A stretch of 64,000 nucleotides of DNA from Octopus vulgaris (lineage: Eukaryota). A program made the translations under genes and the position numbers. Under the pieces are notes generated by a model. That model did no database searches, was not told where the DNA came from, and saw nothing but the letters and a program-made list of their open reading frames with translations. The DNA lies in contig OX597823.1 of assembly GCA_951406725.2 (NCBI GenBank), forward strand, positions 76,942,001-77,006,000, written 5' to 3'. Positions 11,455-23,959 of the stretch are shown here, in pieces (position 1 is the stretch's first letter; every line of letters begins with the position of its first letter).

Positions 11455-12220
11455 TTCGCGCCGATAAGCTACATCAGTTCGCGGATGTTCCTACCGACGT
11501 GTAGTGCATGTTCGTCAGATTTGCGTTTTTGCTCAGCGTATCGAGGAGAGATACTGCATTAAGATTTTGCCAAAAGCTTGTTGATACACAAGTTCAAACC
11601 ATCCAGAAGATTCAGCAGACCTTTGGTGATAAAGCCATAAGTAAAACTCGGATCAAGGTGTAGTACAACCGCTTCAAGCATAGCCGTACCTCAGTGGAGA
11701 GCGAGGCATGCTCAGACAGACCACCCACAAGCCGAAACGAGGAGCCGGTTGAGAAGGTTCGACAAAGAGTTATGGAAGGCTGTCGTGTCACAATCCAGAA
11801 AATTGCTCACGAAGTGAGAATAAACAAATGATCAGTACATTCTACAATATTTGCATTTGACGGATATTTGTCCTGATCAAATGTAAATAAAGTAAACATT
11901 GTACATAATTCCTGATCTCTCAAATATAGAACTGTATCAGTACATTTCTATTTTCACTGAGAATTTGTGCATGCAGATAGTGTCGGCGAAAGTCGTCCCC
12001 AATGTGCTGGCGGATAAGCAAAATCAGCTCTGCATGAAAATCGTTCAGGATATGTTGGACTGCGCAAACCACGACCAAGACTTCATGGAGACCATCATCA
12101 CTGTTGATGAGACTTCGGTTTATGGTCTCTGTATGATGCGTTCGGCCATCTTGCATGAAAACGAAAATTCGACGTGTGCACACTTCACGTTTGTACGATA
12201 GGCGTAACAGCCGGAAACTG
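11455..12220 (+). pseudogene. Decayed mariner transposase (N-terminal HTH region to first catalytic Asp)
   Basis: Translates ERYCIK...TIQKIQQTFGDKAISKTRIKV*YNRFK...SVHSIFTENLCMQIVSAKVVPNVL...IITVDETSVYG (mariner WVPHEL and TGDETW motifs), with stops, a frameshift and an insertion. Confidence 0.9.
11845..11935. mobile_element. Collapsed copy (both termini only) of the 7049-8543 palindromic element
   Basis: Starts ...ATTTGCATTTGACGGATATTTGTCCT and ends AATATAGAACTGT like 7049-7080 and 8531-8543. TSD ATCAGTACATT at 11831-11841 and 11936-11946. Confidence 0.75.
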
Positions 12221-12225
12221 AGATA

Positions 12226-12227
<2 letters not shown>

Positions 12228-12295
<68 letters not shown>

Positions 12296-12385
12296 TCTAA
12301 ATCTCTCTAAAGGAGACTACGGCAGCAGTAATGGGTGTTAATATTTAGCGCCAACCTAACATGGCAGTCCAAAGAAATAGGACGA

Positions 12386-12455
<70 letters not shown>

Positions 12456-12487
12456 ACAGATACATACATACATACATATATACTTAC

Positions 12488-12518
<31 letters not shown>

Positions 12519-12600
12519 CATACATACATACATACATACATACATACATACATACATACATACATACGTACGTACGTACATACATGCATACATACAAACA
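12228..12600. repeat. (ATT)n, (TA)n, (TG)n and (CATA)n microsatellites
   Basis: Seen directly. Confidence 0.95.
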
Positions 12601-12607
12601 TTTAAAA

Positions 12608-12796
12608 ATCTAGCCACATGTGAATCGTTGGCGATTTTCTTTCTCCGTCTTCCCTTCTTTTGGACTTTCTTCTGTTTCCGAAGAAGAGCATCTGCTCGAA
12701 AGGTTAAACTATCTTTCCTTTCCTAAACGTCTGTTAATAATTACACGTACCACGTCTTTGCGTTGTTGATGTTTTTTGTTTGTTCTTTTGGGAATT

Positions 12797-12800
<4 letters not shown>
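12608..12800 (+). mobile_element. Penelope-like element 3' end with degenerate hammerhead-like motif, ending at (TA)n
   Basis: GTTT-CCGAAGA-A-GAGCA-TC-TGCTC-GAAAG-GTT-AAAC at 12674-12709; T-rich tail then (TA)n from 12801. Confidence 0.55.
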
Positions 12801-12858
<58 letters not shown>

Positions 12859-13458
12859 TGACACACAGCTCGAAGTCGTATGGTCCGGTGGTCTCGTGGC
12901 TAGAAGATGGTAGGGGTTCACCCCCTTGCTTGTAATATAAATCGACTGTAGATCGTAGCGAACAACCAGCCGGAGTAGGCGTCCTCCTGAGGTTAAAATG
13001 GTAGTAATGCCAGTTCTTACGGAACAGCCATATCTAAGTGGCGATAAACATCACACACGCACGCACACACACACATGTGTATGTATATATATTTATATAC
13101 CAATAGGCAGATAGATTGATAAATATGTATGTATCATGTACTAGATAGGTAATCTAGGTTGATAGTTATATCAATTATTATATATTAAGCGTAAATTTAA
13201 TGCATGCATTTCATCGCATAATTCAGTAAAGGGTCAATATATTGTTATTGGACAGGCAGTTTTCTCGTACATTCCAACATCCATCTATAATCTAATTGAC
13301 AACGACATTAGATTTATTTGCCGTGAGTAATAGTTACATGAAGACGGAGTAATTGCTGCCTTCTTTTAATTCAGTATCATTATAGTGTGAACAGAGTGCG
13401 AGTGCCTCTATCGAGTGATCAGGCAATTTTTCAGACATATATTTTATTTCATATCAGT

Positions 13459-13493
<35 letters not shown>

Positions 13494-13722
13494 TAATTAT
13501 TTCCAATTTAGGTACAAGGCTAGTGATTTTGAGGGAGGAGAATAATGGATACCAGCAGCCCAAGACCTTCAATGCATTATATTTTATTGATCCTGAAAGG
13601 ATGAAGAAATTATACATTATATGTGTGTGTGTTAGAGTAAATGCAGCTGTATTAATAAAACGGACATATATATAGCTATTATGAGGTGTGCGTGAGCATA
13701 TAAGGATGTATGTATGGATGGA

Positions 13723-13836
<114 letters not shown>

Positions 13837-14089
13837 TTATTGAAAACAGTTTGATTCGTACAGAAGCCTAGCTCATTCAGACTCGTTCGGTAATCTGAGC
13901 CCGAACGAGCCGAATCAAAATGCTTTCAGCAACATATGTGTGTGAATACGTGCATACATACATACATACATACACTTCGCGCATACACATACCATTAATG
14001 CTACACCGTGTTGTGTAAATTGCTCCTTCAGAAATATATACGAAGGTTCCCGGGTTTGGGTAAAAGAAAATATAGGAGGAATACTTAAT

Positions 14090-14845
14090 TATGATTTTAT
14101 CCAACATGTTTTGCTCTCAGATTCACAAACCTGTAGCAGCGGTACTTCGGTTTTTCTAAACCCTGTAAAAACAGGACACCACGGCTCAAATTTCCACTGC
14201 GTTTCTACTTCAATGTTTGATGCAGTTCTTCTAACAGAGGCCATGGAGTATTCTGCGTTAATGGTGCGACTCTTTAACAGGTATCGTATGAGAATTACTC
14301 CGTCTTTGTCCCAGAATCTTTCCAGCTGACTTCTGGATCTGAAATTTCTTGGGTCGCGCTGAACCACTGTGGCACCACTCCATTGTCTGCTGCTTAGTTT
14401 GAGGATCATAATAATGAAACCAAGTTTCATCTATGGTGGCTCAACGATCCATGAAATCGGCCTCTTCTGCTGCAGCCAGGCCAAAATCGCTTTTGATGTC
14501 GTCGCTCTGCATTCAGGCATTGCGACACCCATTTCGCAGAAAGCTTTCTCATGTCCAGAATATTGGGAATTATGTAGCCAACTCTTTCGTGGAAAATCCT
14601 CAGTCTCACCTACGACCTTTAGCTGAAATCCAGTAGTCCTCGAGAATCACGATGTGCACAGCGTCGGCTTTGTCCTCTGCGGTCGCAGAAGCCAGTTGTC
14701 CTGGCCAGGTTCATCTGCAACATCGAAATGGCAAGTTCGAAACCTTGACACTCAAATTTTCACTATGGAGCATTATGGATTTCTGCTGCTTCTTTACCTT
14801 GTAAAAAGAGGAACTTCATGATCGCTCGTGCTTCAATTTTACTAA
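14090..14845 (-). pseudogene. Decayed mariner transposase
   Basis: MRKLSAKWVSQCL, IDETWFHYYDP and FWDKDGVILIRYL...TINAEY motifs spread over several frames. Confidence 0.85.
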
Positions 14846-14900
14846 AATTCACTGTACGAGGTGCCAATATGCGTTAAATCTGCAAAAAAGAGAAAGATAT

Positions 14901-15072
14901 AGGTGCAGGAGTGACTGTGTGGTAAGTAGCTTGCTTACTAACCACATGGTTTCGGGTTCAGCCTCACTGCCTGGCACCTTGGGCAAGTGTTTTCTACTAT
15001 AGCCTCGGGCCGACCAAAGCCTTGTGAGTGGATTTGCTAGACGGAAACTGAAAGGAAGCTTGTCGTGTGTGT

Positions 15073-15142
<70 letters not shown>

Positions 15143-15327
15143 CCCATCGCTGACAACCGATGTTGGTGTGTTTATGTCCCTGTAGCTTAGCGGTTCGGCA
15201 AAAGAGACCGATAGAATAAGTACTAGGCTTACAAAGAATAAGTCCTGGGGGTCGATATGTTCGACTAAAGGCGGTGCTCCAGCTTGGCCGCAATCAAATG
15301 ACTGAAACAAACAAAAGAATAAAAGAA
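14901..15327 (+). mobile_element. Full-length SINE family A with (TG)n core
   Basis: AGGTGCAGGAGTGACTGTGTGGTAAG head, GGCACCTTGGGCAAGTG, tail ending AAAAGAATAAAAGAAT. Confidence 0.92.
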
Positions 15328-15515
15328 TGTATTGTATACCGTCATGAGGTTTTGCATATCTTCTCCTGAATAGTTGTCCTGTCTCCCTTGTAAAGGTAAC
15401 AGCTCTACCCTTTCGCGATACCTTTAGAGCACCCCGTCGAATATATCCGTGGAGTGACGGATTAAAACTGACTAAATGGTGATGCAATACTATAAATACT
15501 GAGTAAAAGTATGTT

Positions 15516-15742
15516 TGTTTCTTTATTACCCACAAAAGGGCTAAACACACAGAGGACAAACAAGGACAGACAAACGGATTAAGTCGATTACATAGACCCT
15601 AGTGCGTAACTGGTACTTAATTTATCGACCCCGAAAGGATGAAAGGCAAAATCAACCTCGGCGGAATTTGAACTCAGAACGTAACGGCAGACGAAATACG
15701 GCTACGCATTTCGCCCGGCGTTTCTGCCAGCTCGCCGCCTTA
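15516..15742 (-). mobile_element. SINE family B
   Basis: Family B core and head CTGCCAGCTCGCCGCC. Confidence 0.9.
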
Positions 15743-17375
15743 CACCGTCGTATATATCAGTGGAGTGATGGATCAAAAATGATTAAATTGTGATGCAATC
15801 CTATAAACACTGAGTGAAAGTCTGTCGAGTACGAAAGTATTTATGTTGGCAAAAACGCTGACTAAATAACTTATACTTTTTCTACTTGAAGAAAGGCTGA
15901 AAAGAACATTTCTTTCAAATTGCATTGTGCTATTGTCTTATTTGTTCTAATTCCGTATCGCCAAGAGATTTTACATTTTATTAAAAGTTGGTATTTGTGA
16001 CTTTATGGGGATAACATTTACGACAAGCAAACTTCTCCGCCATTTACTTAAAGTATCCTACGAGAGATTTTTCACAAATAAAACCAGATACTAATATCAG
16101 ATAAAAATGTACGTTTATCAATCGACGAATTTAGCACAAATCACTCAGCATCCAATTTAAAAGAAATATTGTTTTCTGTCATTTTCAGCAGCAAAAATAT
16201 CAATTATTTATTTACTCAGTACATTTGCCAACAGACATCATGGCGTATTTTGTTCGTTCAATATTTTTAGTATTGCTCTTACTGTTTAGTCGCGTTTGAC
16301 CCGTTGTATTCCTTAAATATGCCTTCATTTATCTGAGGTCGCTAAAAGAGCGTCATGCGGGACACAAAATTAAGGCTGGCAGTACGCCATGGATATCGTG
16401 CTTGTAAATAGATTGAACAATATCGGTTGAAGTTGTCAGAGAACTTAATGGATGCGAATGTTTCGTGACAAAATTTGTGTAAATTGCCTTTTTCTGCATT
16501 TAAGAAATCCAAATCGGCACCGTAATGTGATGCGACAAGTTAATATAGCTCACTTGAGTTATATGACGCGTCAGCATTTCGGATAATATAGCCGAAGTAT
16601 GTGTTTGTAATTACCATTAAATATTGGTTCTTTTTCTACAATAACCTCATCCAAATTAATAAGTATGTAGATATACGATGGCAGTCTTCGAGTTCGATCC
16701 AATGGTACTTATAGAAAGTCACTTGCCAGAGCTTGCACTCGTCGAGGTACTTTCTCTTTCGTTTTTTATTCTCTGTTAGAGTCTTGCTTCCTTGGAAGAG
16801 AATGATGGCTCTTAAATGATTTCTCAGAAATTTTCACTAAACCTTTCAACACATTTCTAGGCGCTTAAAGCTTTAATTTTCTAAATTAAGTAAGAATTTT
16901 CTTCATTGCTTTAACTGTTCGAATATTTATACGATCTACAGTCTTTCCCTGTAAGTATTTCTTGGAGTTGTTTTTGTTTGACACTTATTTTCAGCACAGC
17001 CAATTTAATTAAGTCAAAATTGCATATGACAATTATAAATGCTCTGCCATCAACCTATATTTTGGTGTCTTCATCAGCTGTCAATTCAACCAATGTCACT
17101 ACGACATGAATTGTTCCGTCACAGCTATTAATTGATGCGTCATAACACTTCCTAATTTGTTCTATGTCGATTGAAATGCTTTCCAAGAGCGCATGTTGTT
17201 TGGACTCTAAAAATGTGCAGAGTTTCTAAATAGTTCCCATGGCTTTACGAAGTGTGTCAATTCCTGTCATTATATTTTGGATAACAAGATTTAAGATGGT
17301 ACCCATTACACTAACTGTAGATGGTAAACGTAGAACAAACACTGCTTTACACTTGCAATGAAACCTCTATGAATT

Positions 17376-17764
17376 TCTCGATATATAAAGCTGAAGTTGT
17401 CTGTGTATGGCAGGTTTGGTAGCCTTCAACTAACACTAACTCCTCCGAGACCCTGCGGCGCAAGTTGACCAAAATTGAGAGTATGGTAGAAGGCTTGCTC
17501 TACCTTCCGTAGAAGAAAAAATTCAAATCGGACCATGTTAAGAAAAAAAATTATTTACATCAAAAGAGTGCTTTTATTCTATGAAAATCCCTATTTCTTT
17601 TACGATTTTTTGACTGCTGTCTCGCCATTTTTCGGTGTATTTCAACCAGAAAAATATTCACTTAAAGAGAATAACAAGCTACATAATGCAAAATTTTTAC
17701 TTTTCAAAAATTCCAATTCTAAAAGGTCGAAACAAACCCGAGTAACGCCGGGCGATACTGCTAG
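17376..17764 (+). mobile_element. Non-autonomous Helitron
   Basis: 5' TC...ATATATAAAGCTGAAGTTGTCTGTG; 3' hairpin CCCG-AGTAACGC-CGGG then CTAG|T; no TSD. Confidence 0.85.
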
Positions 17765-18197
17765 TATCATTATATTTGCTGCGCCATCAAAACATTTTTA
17801 ATATTTTGACCAGCATCAGCTAGAGTTTCCTGGTTACATTTTTACTTCCTCGTTGAGAACACTTCTTTTAGCTGAAGGCATTGCACGAAGTTTGATGAAA
17901 GTCTCTCTGATATCTATGACGTACTCAACCCTGCCAACGTCTGATGCTTCATTAACGATCATGGAATATCATGAGTCCTCTTCACGCCATTTGTTATGAT
18001 GCCTAAACAAGAGCTTCTATATCATGACTTTAATCTCCTCTGCATTCGTTCATCTAAATTTCTGTTCAGATTTCTACCTCATTAAGGAATATTCTTGAAC
18101 TGAAGATAAAGAATATTCAAAAAGGAAATTGCTACGAATAATACCCCCACTGCTGCCCTCTGCATTATCACGTTGAGCAATATTTTGCTGTTCAGCA

Positions 18198-18396
18198 AGG
18201 TGGTGAGCTAGCAGAGTCGTTACCACGCCGGAAAAATGCTTAGCGTTATTTCTGAGCTTGAATGCAGCCGGGGTCGACTTTGCCTTTAATACTTTCGGGT
18301 TCGGTAAAATAAATTCCAGTTGAACACTAGGGTCGATGTAATCGACTTATTCCCCCCCCCCCCGAAATTACCGGCCTTGTGCAAAAATTTGGAATC
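18198..18396 (+). mobile_element. SINE family B inserted in the hAT fossil
   Basis: Family B core; flanked by ATATTTTGCTGTTCA and ATATTTTATTGTTCA (imperfect TSD). Confidence 0.8.
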
Positions 18397-18662
18397 GATA
18401 TTTTATTGTTCAATGGACAATAGCTGTTCGATAATAATCCTCAAATACTCTTGACTCCGCTCTATTTGCTACTTTTGTATAGTATTTTGTTGGCCACGGA
18501 AGTTATGTTTATGTCTTCTATGAACACAATAGACAACACGAAACGACATTTTACAATGTCACAGGCAAACAAACGATAAGACATTCACTGCTGATATCTG
18601 ACTAACTAGATTCTTTACTAATTCCTTTGTTGCTGCATCGAAATTGGCCGAGTTGATTCAGT

Positions 18663-19036
18663 AATTACTGCCGTCTTTGCGAAGGCAGAAGTATTATTTT
18701 TAGTCGTGTTTGTTTGTTTGTCCATGGACAAGATATCTCAAGAACCGCTGGATGGATTCGGATGAAAATTCCAGGGATGTTTGGCCTCGTGACTGGCACA
18801 AACTGATTAGATTTTGGGATCAATCCGATACCGGACAAGGATTCTTGATTATTTTTCCTGTTTTTTTTTTTACTTAATTTTTGAGAGCGGTCGAGTTAAT
18901 TTTTAGTATTCTCGTTTGTGAGAGCCGTCGAGTTTATATCGGATATTCTCATTTTAAAAATCATCTCCGGCTAATCGTTGAGAGGACGTTGGTGTTGCCT
19001 TGGCGGAGGTTTGCGCTCTTCGAGTGCTCTTCTATT
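18663..19036 (+). mobile_element. HINE/DINE-1-like non-autonomous Helentron
   Basis: 5' stem-loop followed by (GTTT)n; 3' CCTTGGCGGAGGT sub-terminal repeat and GCGCTC-TTC-GAGTGC hairpin before TTCTATT. Confidence 0.75.
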
Positions 19037-19671
19037 ATATTGTGATGATAGAGAAACTAGTGGATATTCATGGTTTGCATTCACTTCATCATTATACATC
19101 TCACTTAAATACTTTTAGATTCATAAGAACCAAATCCTGCAGAAACTCAAGGTTTTCCTAGCGATATTCAATCATTACCCTCAACAAAACAGTTTCAGAC
19201 GTTGTGTGGGTTTTAGATACACCAGTTTTGTCTCTATCACTCCTTTTTTTATCAAAAAGATCAGAAACTGACTTATTTAGGCAATATCTGTTTCGACTTT
19301 TAGTAATTTATTTAAGGGTCACACACTTGGTGTTATCAACAGTTTTAACATATTTTGTATGTAATCAGAGAGTATTTGTCTGTAGCATTCTTCATATTTG
19401 TTTCATTGTTGATGAAACCACAAGGTTTTTGTGTTTTTCCTTTCTTTTTTTATGATGTGACTTAATGTACAAAATTCGAAATTAGTATGCGATGGAAACA
19501 AAATACTATGGAGGAAAGCGATTCGTACTGTGCTGACCAACATTGGTATTGTTAAGTTTCAGAGTGAATGTGTTCAGGTTTCCATCCTGGAAGCCGTTCA
19601 AATATTGTTACATCAAGCTAAAACTGAAAAGCTCAGCCCAGAGATTTTCTCTATTGGATGAAAACTAGGGG

Positions 19672-20080
19672 GGAAAAAAGAGGAAAAACATCAAAATATA
19701 TGCGGTTTTATCATTAATGCAACAAATGAAAAGAATGCTGCAGGCAAACAGTCTTTGAAGACAAACAAAATACGTTAAAACTGTTGATAACGGTAAGAGT
19801 GTAAATGGGCAAATGTAGCAACAGATATTGCTTAGAAAAGCTGATCTTTTTGATAAAAAAGAAGAGAGTGATAATGACAAAGCGGATATATCTAAAGCCC
19901 ACACAACTTGCCGAACAATCGCCTAGAACTGTTTTGTTGAGACTAGCAACTGAATAATCGCTAAGAAAACATTGAGCATCTAAAGAATCTGGTGCTTCAG
20001 AATCTGAGAATATTTCAAGTGACATATATATAAAGATGAAGAAAATATACCGCCCGAGTATCCACTGGTTTTGTTATCTC
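19672..20080 (+). repeat. Diverged inverted copy of 19047-19455 (putative hAT 5' region)
   Basis: Shared blocks CTCAACAAAACAGTT, TTTTTTATCAAAAAGATCAG and GTTATCAACAGTTTTAAC on opposite strands; the two ORF-track peptides align. Confidence 0.75.
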
Positions 20081-20344
20081 CATGGTACAATATTACTCGG
20101 AGAAATAAAACCATTAGATTTTTTTTTTTTTTGCTATTCCTGAAAGAATTAATAGGGACAAATTCAAGAAATTAGTGACTATTAAATTACAGCTAATTTG
20201 CAATAATTGTTCATTTTTAAATCTTTTATCTTTTAATTTCTCCGTCCGATTTTCTCTTCTTGCTTTTCTCGGATTTTCCCCTCGTTTTACTAGAAATTGG
20301 AAGGGCAGTTTCATTTCTCTTTTACTCGTTCGCTCAGACAGAGA

Positions 20345-20518
20345 TGTATGTATGTATGTATGTATGTATGTATGTATGTATGTATGTATGTATGTATGTA
20401 TGTATGTATGTATTTATGTATGTATGTATGTATGTATGTATGTATGTATGTATTCATGTACGTATGTATGTATGCATGTGTGTATGCATGCATGCATGTA
20501 TGGATGTATGTATGTATG

Positions 20519-20552
<34 letters not shown>

Positions 20553-20827
20553 TGTATGGATGGATGGATGGATGTATGTATGCAAGCATGTATGGATGGA
20601 TGTGTGTACGTATGTGCGTATGTATGCGTGTATGTATGCATGTATGTATGCATGTATGTATGTATGGATGGATGAATGAATGGATGGACGGACGGATGGA
20701 TGTGTGTGTACTTATGTGCGTATTTATGTGTATGTGTGTATGTATCTATGTATTACGTACGTAAGTGTGTATCTATGCATGCATGAATGTAGCGATGGAT
20801 GGATGTATGCATGCATGCCTGACTGCC

Positions 20828-20859
<32 letters not shown>

Positions 20860-21115
20860 TGTATGTATGTATGCATGTATGTATGAATGTATGTGTGCAT
20901 GTATGTATGTATGTATGTATGTATGTATGTATGTGTGTATGTATGTATGTGTGCATGTATGTATGTATGTATGTGTGTATGCATGTATGTATGTATGTAT
21001 GTATGCATGTATGTATGTATGTATGTATGTATGTATGTATGTATGTATGTATGTATGTATGTATGTACGTGTGCATGTATGTATGTATGCATGAATGTGT
21101 GCATGTATGTATATT
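20345..21115. repeat. Long (TATG)n/(GATG)n microsatellite
   Basis: Seen directly; source of the MYVC/HTYI ORFs. Confidence 0.97.
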
Positions 21116-21823
21116 GCGATTTGCTTAATTTATTTTTACCTTTGCAGAATTCAAACCGGTTACAAACAAAATGACAAAACGCTTGGGTTTAGGGCATTAT
21201 CTGAAATGACAGATACGTTCATGTATGCATGTTTGCATACGTGCGTACATGCGAATAAACTCGTACTCATGTTGCACTCATGTAGCAAGTATGATTGTCA
21301 TTTTAGTGCACAAGGACGTACGCTTCATTACCTTTGAGGGATCTAGTGTTTCTCATTCGCGAAATGAGCCCCCACACCGCCCGCACTTAATTTTGCTCAG
21401 ATCGCTTTCAATTTTGGTGTATTGATGATGGAACTCTGAATTTTGATTACGATCAACCAATTCCTTTTATCTCGTAAATTAAAGAATCTGATGTTATTTG
21501 GCATTAGAGTTAGGAAATTTGGGTAATTTTAGCCAATCAACAGACAGCGTGGCATTAGCATCTTGTTACCATGACAACCACACACTGCGTTGTGGTTCAC
21601 TGTTGTCTGTACCACTGTTGTCTATGTTGATTTTTCACACTTAATTATTTACACCACAAGATTCTTTTCAACCGCGTTTTGTTTTAATTTTTCTGTTTTA
21701 ATATATTACATATTTTTCTGTGCTTCTGGGTGTTAGTATTTTTCTGTGCTTTTTGCTGTGTGTTAGTATTTTAAATACTATGTTGGACCCCTACTTTGTT
21801 GGCTATCTATGCCTGTTTATATC

Positions 21824-22058
21824 TGTTTTCTTTATTACCCACAAGGGGCTAAACATAGAGGGGACAAACAAGGACAGACAAACGGATTAAGTCGATTACA
21901 CCGACCCCAGTGCGTAACTGGTACTTAATTAATCGACCCCGAAAGGATGAAAGGCAAGGTCGACATCGGCGGAATTTGAACTCAGAACGTAACGGCAGAC
22001 GAAATACGGCTACGCATTTCGCCCGGCGTGCTAACGTTTCTGCCAGCTCTCCACCTTA
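21824..22058 (-). mobile_element. SINE family B with TSD
   Basis: TSD A(T/C)GCCTGTTTATATC at 21809-21823 and 22059-22073. Confidence 0.9.
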
Positions 22059-22507
22059 CGCCTGTTTATATCGAGCACAAACTTACATGAAATACAGACG
22101 TCTGCGTGTTGTTTAATATACATCTCAGGAAAAATAGCCTTCTTATATTCAATAGGCTTTGTGGCACCTTGGTGGTACATATTGTGGAAAACGTAAAACC
22201 GCCTATAATTGTATTGTTATATATATTAATTACCAGGCTGACCCAAGACTGGACTGGTTATCCACGCCGGTTATATCGAGCATAAACTTTCACGAAGTAT
22301 AGGTGGGTGTGTGCAAATGTGTTTTGTTTTATATAATTTCAGAGCACATTAATGTATCTTTATATTTGGTAAGTTTTGTGGTACCCTGGTAGTACTTATA
22401 ACTGTATTGTTACATATATCAAATACCAAGGTTGCTCTCGATTTGGCTGGTTATCCACGCCGGGTATACCGAACACAGACTTACATCAAATACAGTTGGG
22501 TGTGTGT
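22059..22507. repeat. Diverged tandem repeat, unit about 190-205 bp, about 2.3 copies
   Basis: Units begin ACGCCTGTTTATATCGAGCAC (22059), ACGCCGGTTATATCGAGCAT (22264), ACGCCGGGTATACCGAACAC (22457). Confidence 0.75.
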
Positions 22508-22701
22508 CTGTATGAAGACATGGCTGAGGTGGAATTGTGGGACAATCATACATTTCTTAAATGTGGATGAACAAACATTCCATCGCGATTCTTCCACGTT
22601 TCTTTTAAATTCTTTAACTTTGTCACGACAACAAAGCTTCTAAGGAAGAAAACTTCCACAAAATCCAAAGTACATGTGATGTATATATAAACAAATATAC
22701 A

Positions 22702-22798
<97 letters not shown>

Positions 22799-22914
22799 AT
22801 ATATATGCATATATATATATATATATATAGATGGTGTAATTTAATTGTTCATTTTGAATTGATAAAAGGTGTTTTTTTTCTAATTTTATATATATATATA
22901 AGTAGTAGATCTTG

Positions 22915-23165
22915 CAGGCATGAAGGGGATTCGATCCACCATTGCCAAATTTCAAGTAACAGTTCAAGAGAAGTTTTCTCACGGTGGAACAATAGTTTTT
23001 CTATGACAGCAGTTTTACATTTGCCAGATTGCCTTAGCTAGGCCGAAATAATGTCTTCACCACTTGACCTTGCTAACCTCTTCTGCTTCACCAAAAGCTA
23101 GAATGGCGATATCACAGACCACCTACGAAAACCATTGTTCTCAACGATACATCTATCCTTCTGGA
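22915..23165 (+). pseudogene. Possible decayed CR1/Jockey-like LINE ORF2 linker fragment
   Basis: [13 protein letters not shown]...AEIMSSPLDLANLFCFTKS*N loosely resembles the S-RDFW...DKANLF linker; two stops. Confidence 0.3.
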
Positions 23166-23959
23166 TAGTTATAAAAGCAAAAACCCAAGCAAAGTTTTCA
23201 TATCCACCGAAAAATTAAGCTTGAAAACAAAAGTTTGCGCGCGCGCGTGCGTACGTGTGTGTGTGTAGTTTTCAACATTTGGGTTCTTAAAACATTTTTT
23301 ACTACCTTCCTTTTTTAAGAATATTTTTATTGCAAATTAATGTGATTTCTCCAAACATTAATTGGTGTAAATATAATCAGTAATTCAGCATTAATGATAA
23401 AAGGTTGCTAATTAAGAACATTTCACAAAAACATATAAGATACAAATATTCTTTTTTCTTCGGACAAATTCTTTGTTGACCAGTGTTATTTCTTATCATA
23501 GTTTACAAAACCAAGCATGAAAACGTTACTAAACTTTGAAGTTTTAGAGACAGACGCCTCCCTTTTCACACACACACACATGCACTTATACATTAATGAT
23601 GTACACAAATACATGACAGGTAATCATAATATTGAAATACGCATAAAGTAAACACACGCAGACAAATATATTAATATTATAAACTTTAAAAATAATAAAA
23701 CCATACAATCAATAAAGAGACAAAAGAAACAGTAAGGTGATACATGTTGATTTTATTTGGTATTTCTATTTATTCAGAAACCTACAATGAACAAGTCAGA
23801 TACTAAACTCTAAATTTCACAGGGTACAATCTTAAAGTTGACACCACTCCGCTAAACGCAGAAAATTTGTCTCGCTATTAGCTAAAAATATAGTTTTTTT
23901 TTCTATTTTTAAACCTCTATAACGTTTTTCTCCATTTTTTTTCTCCACATCATCATACC

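Larger units (their letters stand above)
16200..19460 (-). pseudogene. Heavily decayed hAT transposase (ZMYM1-like/Tip100-type), interrupted by a Helitron, a SINE and a HINE
   Basis: Fragments in the expected order on minus: QQNIAQRDNAEGSSGGIIRSNFL; YSMIVNEASDVGRVE; CFDGAAN; LNLVIQNIM; SKKYLQGKTVD; RSFSDLR*MKAYLRNTTGQTRLNS (hAT C-terminal dimerisation motif). Confidence 0.75.

Noticed and set aside
15602-15793. Recurrent MRNWYLIYRPRKDERQSRPRRNLNSER peptides as a gene family
   Set aside because: Antisense read-through of SINE family B; starts and stops vary between copies.
20175-21174. [12 protein letters not shown] ORFs here and at 46.8-49.4 kb and elsewhere
   Set aside because: Translations of (TATG)n, (TA)n and (CA)n microsatellites.
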